A DNA stretch of 64,000 nt from Verrucomicrobiia bacterium (GTDB lineage: Bacteria > Verrucomicrobiota > Verrucomicrobiia > Limisphaerales > DSYF01): positions 8,597-72,596 of the forward strand of contig DASTWL010000080.1 of NCBI GenBank assembly GCA_035765895.1. Direction: 5' to 3'. Numbering within the stretch: position 1 is the stretch's first letter; each line of letters begins with the position of its first letter. The notes under the pieces were generated by a model that saw only the letters and a list, made by a program, of their open reading frames with translations, did not search any database and was not told the origin of the DNA. The position numbers and the translations under genes were made by a program. Positions 60,543-64,000 of the stretch are shown in pieces.

Positions 60543-61814
60543 ATGAGTGACGACGCCCACGACAAGGCTTTTTTTCGCCAGAGCGGCTGGCTGATGATTT
60601 CCGGCATCATGAGTGGAATCCTCATGATGGGGGTGCACTTGCTGTCCAAGAAAATTCCCACGGCCGAATATGGCACCGTGGTTAAAATGCTGGCCGTGAC
60701 CATCATCATTCCGACGATGCCGTTGCAGATGGTGTTTGCCCGGGAAACGGCTGCGGCTTTGGCGTTGGGAAAGAATCGTCCGTTGGCGGGGTTAATCCAA
60801 AAAACCGTATTGATCATGTCCGGACTATGGTTGATGGCCGCGCTGGTGGGGCTGGCCTTCCAGCAGTCCATTCTCATGCATTGGAACGTTGCCCAAGCGT
60901 CCGCTCTTTGGCTGTTGATGTTGGTCGTATGGGCGTCGCTCGTGGCGCCGGTGTTCATGGGCACGCTTCAAGGGGCACAGAATTTTCCCTGGCTGGGCGG
61001 GGTCATGATTCTCAATGGTGGAGTTCGACTGGCTGGGGCGGCATTGTTGGTGTTTTGCTTCACGGGCACGGCGGCGGGCGTCATGACCGGCGTGTTGGCC
61101 GGCGTCGGGGCATCCGTTCTGCTCGGAGTGTGGCAAACGCGCCGGCTCTGGGCCGCGACCGCCGAAGCTTTTGCCTGGCGGCCGTTGCTGAAACAGGCGA
61201 TTCCCTTGCTGATCGGCTTCTCGGCCTATCAATTTCTCTTTTCGGCGGACACGATCTTTGTGGGCGGCTTCTTTTCCGGCGATGAAACGGGCTATTACGG
61301 CGCGGCCGGCACGCTGGCGCGGGCGTTGATTTGGTTGGTGGCGCCGCTGGCCACGGTGATGTTTCCCAAACTCGTGCAAAGCACGGCTAAGGCGCAAAGG
61401 AACAATTTGCTGGGGCTTACGTTGCTCGGCACGGCGATTCTGGGTCTGGGTGGTGCACTGGGCTTGGTGCTCGTCGGCCCTTTGGTGGTGAAAATGGTTT
61501 TTACCAGTAACTACGTTGCCGCCGTAACGCGAATCATCCCGTGGTATGCAGGCGCCATGATTCCGCTGTCTCTCGCCAATGTTCTTGTCAATAATTTGCT
61601 GGCAAGGTCGGACTTTCGGGTGGTTCCGTGGCTGGCCTTGCTGGCGATTGGTTACACGATCGTTCTCAATGCATGGCACCCCAGTCTCACCGCAGTGCTC
61701 CAATGCATGGCTGGCTTTAACGCGATAACGTTCCTGATTTGCTCGCTTTACACTTGGGGGCCGCTGGCTAAAAAGTATCAAATTTCGCTCGCTCAGCTGC
61801 CTTTGGCCGAGTGA
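60543..61814 (+). CDS. Polysaccharide-biosynthesis membrane protein (MOP/Wzx-type flippase-like)
   Basis: 423-aa protein with about 12 TM helices and flippase-like topology. It sits next to glycosyltransferase and sugar-epimerase genes. Confidence 0.6.
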   Translation: MSDDAHDKAFFRQSGWLMISGIMSGILMMGVHLLSKKIPTAEYGTVVKMLAVTIIIPTMPLQMVFARETAAALALGKNRPLAGLIQKTVLIMSGLWLMAALVGLAFQQSILMHWNVAQASALWLLMLVVWASLVAPVFMGTLQGAQNFPWLGGVMILNGGVRLAGAALLVFCFTGTAAGVMTGVLAGVGASVLLGVWQTRRLWAATAEAFAWRPLLKQAIPLLIGFSAYQFLFSADTIFVGGFFSGDETGYYGAAGTLARALIWLVAPLATVMFPKLVQSTAKAQRNNLLGLTLLGTAILGLGGALGLVLVGPLVVKMVFTSNYVAAVTRIIPWYAGAMIPLSLANVLVNNLLARSDFRVVPWLALLAIGYTIVLNAWHPSLTAVLQCMAGFNAITFLICSLYTWGPLAKKYQISLAQLPLAE

Positions 61815-62638
61815 TTTTGATGGATTGCATCCTGCCCCATGACCCGGTGCGGAGCGCGGAGCTTCTTGTAGATCCAAATCTCCAACGGCCGCAACGGCCG
61901 CACCCAGCGATAGCAGCGTGAATAGATCAACCACAGCCGGACTACAGACAAAAACATTGTCAATGAGACTCGGAACAGTGATGCGGTTACTTTGGAACCG
62001 ATTTTGTCCGTCCACTCAATCGGCACTTCCAAAACTTTCAACCGTGCGCGTTTCATTGCGACCAGCAAGTTAACGTCGAACGCTAAGTCGGCGATGGCGA
62101 GGTTGGAATGAATCGCCTCAATCGCTGCCCGGCGCGCTACTTTGGCGGGGCATTGGGTGTCCTTGATGTGCATCCAGAACAGGGTTTCCACCACCAAATG
62201 AAAGCAGCGGCTGGTGAAGCGACGCAGCAACGGTTGCGCCTGATGCAGCACGGCGCCGGGCAGCCAGCGCGAGCCAATCACGCAATCCGCCTGGTCGATC
62301 ATTTGGACGAGCTTGTGGAAGGATCGGGGTGGGGTGGCGCCATCCGCGTCCACATAGCCAATGACATCCGCCAGCGGCGCGAGTTTGAGCCCTTCGATCA
62401 GGGCGCCGCCCTTGCCGATCGGGTCCGGATGGTTCTCCCACTTGATGGCCGGGTGGTCGGCCGCGACGCGTTGCACGACGTCGAGGGTGTTGTCGCGGCA
62501 ACCGTTAAGCACGACGACGATCTGGAATTTGCCCTGGTAGTTCGCCTCGAAATAACCCGCGATTTCGCGGAGGACCGGTTCAATGCGGTCCGCCTCGTTA
62601 TAGGCGGGAATCAACAACAACAGACTGGGTTCGGGCAC
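61793..62638 (-). CDS. Family 2 glycosyltransferase (polyprenol-phosphate glycosyltransferase-like)
   Basis: LLLIPAYNEADRI, VVVLNGCRDNT and YVDADGATPP (DxD), with a C-terminal TM. The 3' end overlaps the convergent flippase gene by 22 nt. Confidence 0.8.
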   Translation of the reverse strand: MPEPSLLLLIPAYNEADRIEPVLREIAGYFEANYQGKFQIVVVLNGCRDNTLDVVQRVAADHPAIKWENHPDPIGKGGALIEGLKLAPLADVIGYVDADGATPPRSFHKLVQMIDQADCVIGSRWLPGAVLHQAQPLLRRFTSRCFHLVVETLFWMHIKDTQCPAKVARRAAIEAIHSNLAIADLAFDVNLLVAMKRARLKVLEVPIEWTDKIGSKVTASLFRVSLTMFLSVVRLWLIYSRCYRWVRPLRPLEIWIYKKLRAPHRVMGQDAIHQNHSAKGS

Positions 62639-62821
62639 GCCGTGGATTTAGCAGGGCGGCAGACGTTTGTCTAATTCAGCCTGCGGCTTTGCCCTTCAAT
62701 TCGCTGGCCAAGGGCGTTGGGGTGGGTCATGTTTAGCACATCAGGTCACAGGCTGGCATTTCGGCGGAACTAATTTCCGTGAGCGCCGTCTAATGTTTTA
62801 ACACGTGATCATCCGAGGCTT

Positions 62822-64000
62822 ATGAGCGAAATCCAACTCGTCACTTCCTCGTTGGAACGGGCTTCCCGCCGTCTCCGTCTCAATCGCGCCCTGCGCGGCC
62901 TCTGGCTTGGGCTGCTGGCAGGCGCCGGTCTCTGGCTGCTGGCCCTGGCAGTTTACAAAGTGGCACCGATTCCCGCCCAAGTATTGAACCTCGCCGCTTT
63001 TTGTGGGGCGGCTTGTGCGGTTGGCGGGTTTCTGTTCGGCGGCTGGCGCAAACCCACCCTCGCTGCCACCGCGCGCTGGGTGGACGTGCAGCAAAACCTC
63101 AAGGAGCGCATGAGCACCGCGCTGGAAGTGGCCAATGCTCCGTCCGATCCGCTCTGGCGCGAACTGGTCGTGCACGATGCCGCCAGCCACGCCAAGGAAA
63201 TTGATCCGCGTTCACTCGTGCCGTTCCGCCTGACGCGCGCGGCGCACTGGGCGGTCCTGTTGCTGGCCGTCGCCTTCGGCGTCGGTTTCATTCCCGAATA
63301 CCGCACGCAGTCCTTCAAAAAACGCGAGGCGGACAAGGCGGTCATCAAGGATGTGGGACACGGCATGGCCGAAGTGACGCGCCACGAACTGGCGGCCCGT
63401 CCGCCAGCAGCCGAACCTGTTCGCCAATCTTTGGAAAAAGTGGCCGCGCTCGGCGACGCCTTTCAGAAAGCGGAGCTGACCCGCGCAGAGGCGTTGAAGG
63501 ATCTCGCCAGCGTGCAGGATAAAATCAAGGATCAGCTCAAGGAACTCGGCAAGGAGCCGGCCATGAAACGCCTCGATCAGGCCATGCGCGCCAGCGGACC
63601 GAATCAGCCTTCCGGCGCGGACCTGCAGAAGCAGATGGAAGCATTGCAAAAGCAACTCGGCACTGACAAGCCGGACCCTGAGAAAACGCAGCAGTTGAAG
63701 GACAAGCTGGAGAAACTCCAGGACGCCGCACGCGCCATGGCCGACAAGGGCAACGCCGGCAATGAAGCGGCGCGCAAGGAGCTTTCCGAATCGCTCGCCG
63801 CCCTTTCGCGCGAAGCCGCCGAAATGGGCTTGAACCTGCCAGACCTCGAGCAGGCCATCAACGCGCTTGCGGCCAGCGACACCGACAAGTTCTTGAAGAA
63901 CCTCGACGCCTCGCTTTCAGACCTGGACAAGCTTAACAGCCTCGCGAAGCAGATGCAGCAGCTCAGCCAGCAGATGGAAAAGCTCGGCAAAAACCTTGCC
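62822..64000 (+). CDS. Membrane-anchored coiled-coil protein, N-terminal part (runs off the right window edge)
   Basis: Absent from the ORF track because it is open to the edge. My translation from ATG 62822 gives MSEIQLVTSSLERASRRLRLNRALRGLWLGLLAGAGLWLLALAVY..., a second TM, then a long Lys/Glu/Leu/Gln-rich helical region with no stop to 64000. Confidence 0.65.
   Translation, partial: MSEIQLVTSSLERASRRLRLNRALRGLWLGLLAGAGLWLLALAVYKVAPIPAQVLNLAAFCGAACAVGGFLFGGWRKPTLAATARWVDVQQNLKERMSTALEVANAPSDPLWRELVVHDAASHAKEIDPRSLVPFRLTRAAHWAVLLLAVAFGVGFIPEYRTQSFKKREADKAVIKDVGHGMAEVTRHELAARPPAAEPVRQSLEKVAALGDAFQKAELTRAEALKDLASVQDKIKDQLKELGKEPAMKRLDQAMRASGPNQPSGADLQKQMEALQKQLGTDKPDPEKTQQLKDKLEKLQDAARAMADKGNAGNEAARKELSESLAALSREAAEMGLNLPDLEQAINALAASDTDKFLKNLDASLSDLDKLNSLAKQMQQLSQQMEKLGKNLA

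Overview
High-GC (about 65% by spot counts) bacterial chromosomal segment. The gene content (PEP-CTERM protein, pseudopilin-like proteins, GYF_2 membrane proteins, giant RCC1/Ig adhesin-like protein, hopanoid genes) suggests a Verrucomicrobiota- or Planctomycetota-like organism, but that is inference. I support about 60 protein-coding genes, mostly housekeeping: argS, ptsN, pyrE, adk, trpB, trpD, tsaC, phhB, mutS, amtB-glnK, hpnH-hpnJ, two cyclophilins, pfk and envelope-polysaccharide genes. No rRNA, tRNA, CRISPR array, transposase or integrase was seen. Many long ORFs in the track are antisense shadows typical of high-GC DNA. The items most worth a second look are:
- An operon-like array of six GYF_2-domain proteins, each fused to a different small membrane module. 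It is led by a DUF2752 gene and closed by a GYF-less membrane protein (15.5-20.3 kb).
- A sharp junction at about 30,000 where a 5' fragment of signal peptidase I abuts a 3' fragment of a large SF1 helicase, with a drop in GC.
- A low-GC type II restriction-modification cassette wedged between pepO and mutS, with the nuclease gene 18 nt downstream of mutS.
- Two in-frame palindromic or tandem-repeat insertions inside mutS, one directly before the Walker A motif.
- A signal-peptide protein with PI3K/PI4K-like catalytic-loop motifs 6 nt downstream of hpnJ.
- An ABC-2 permease fused to a CPBP protease.
- A shared C-terminal module on three secreted proteins.
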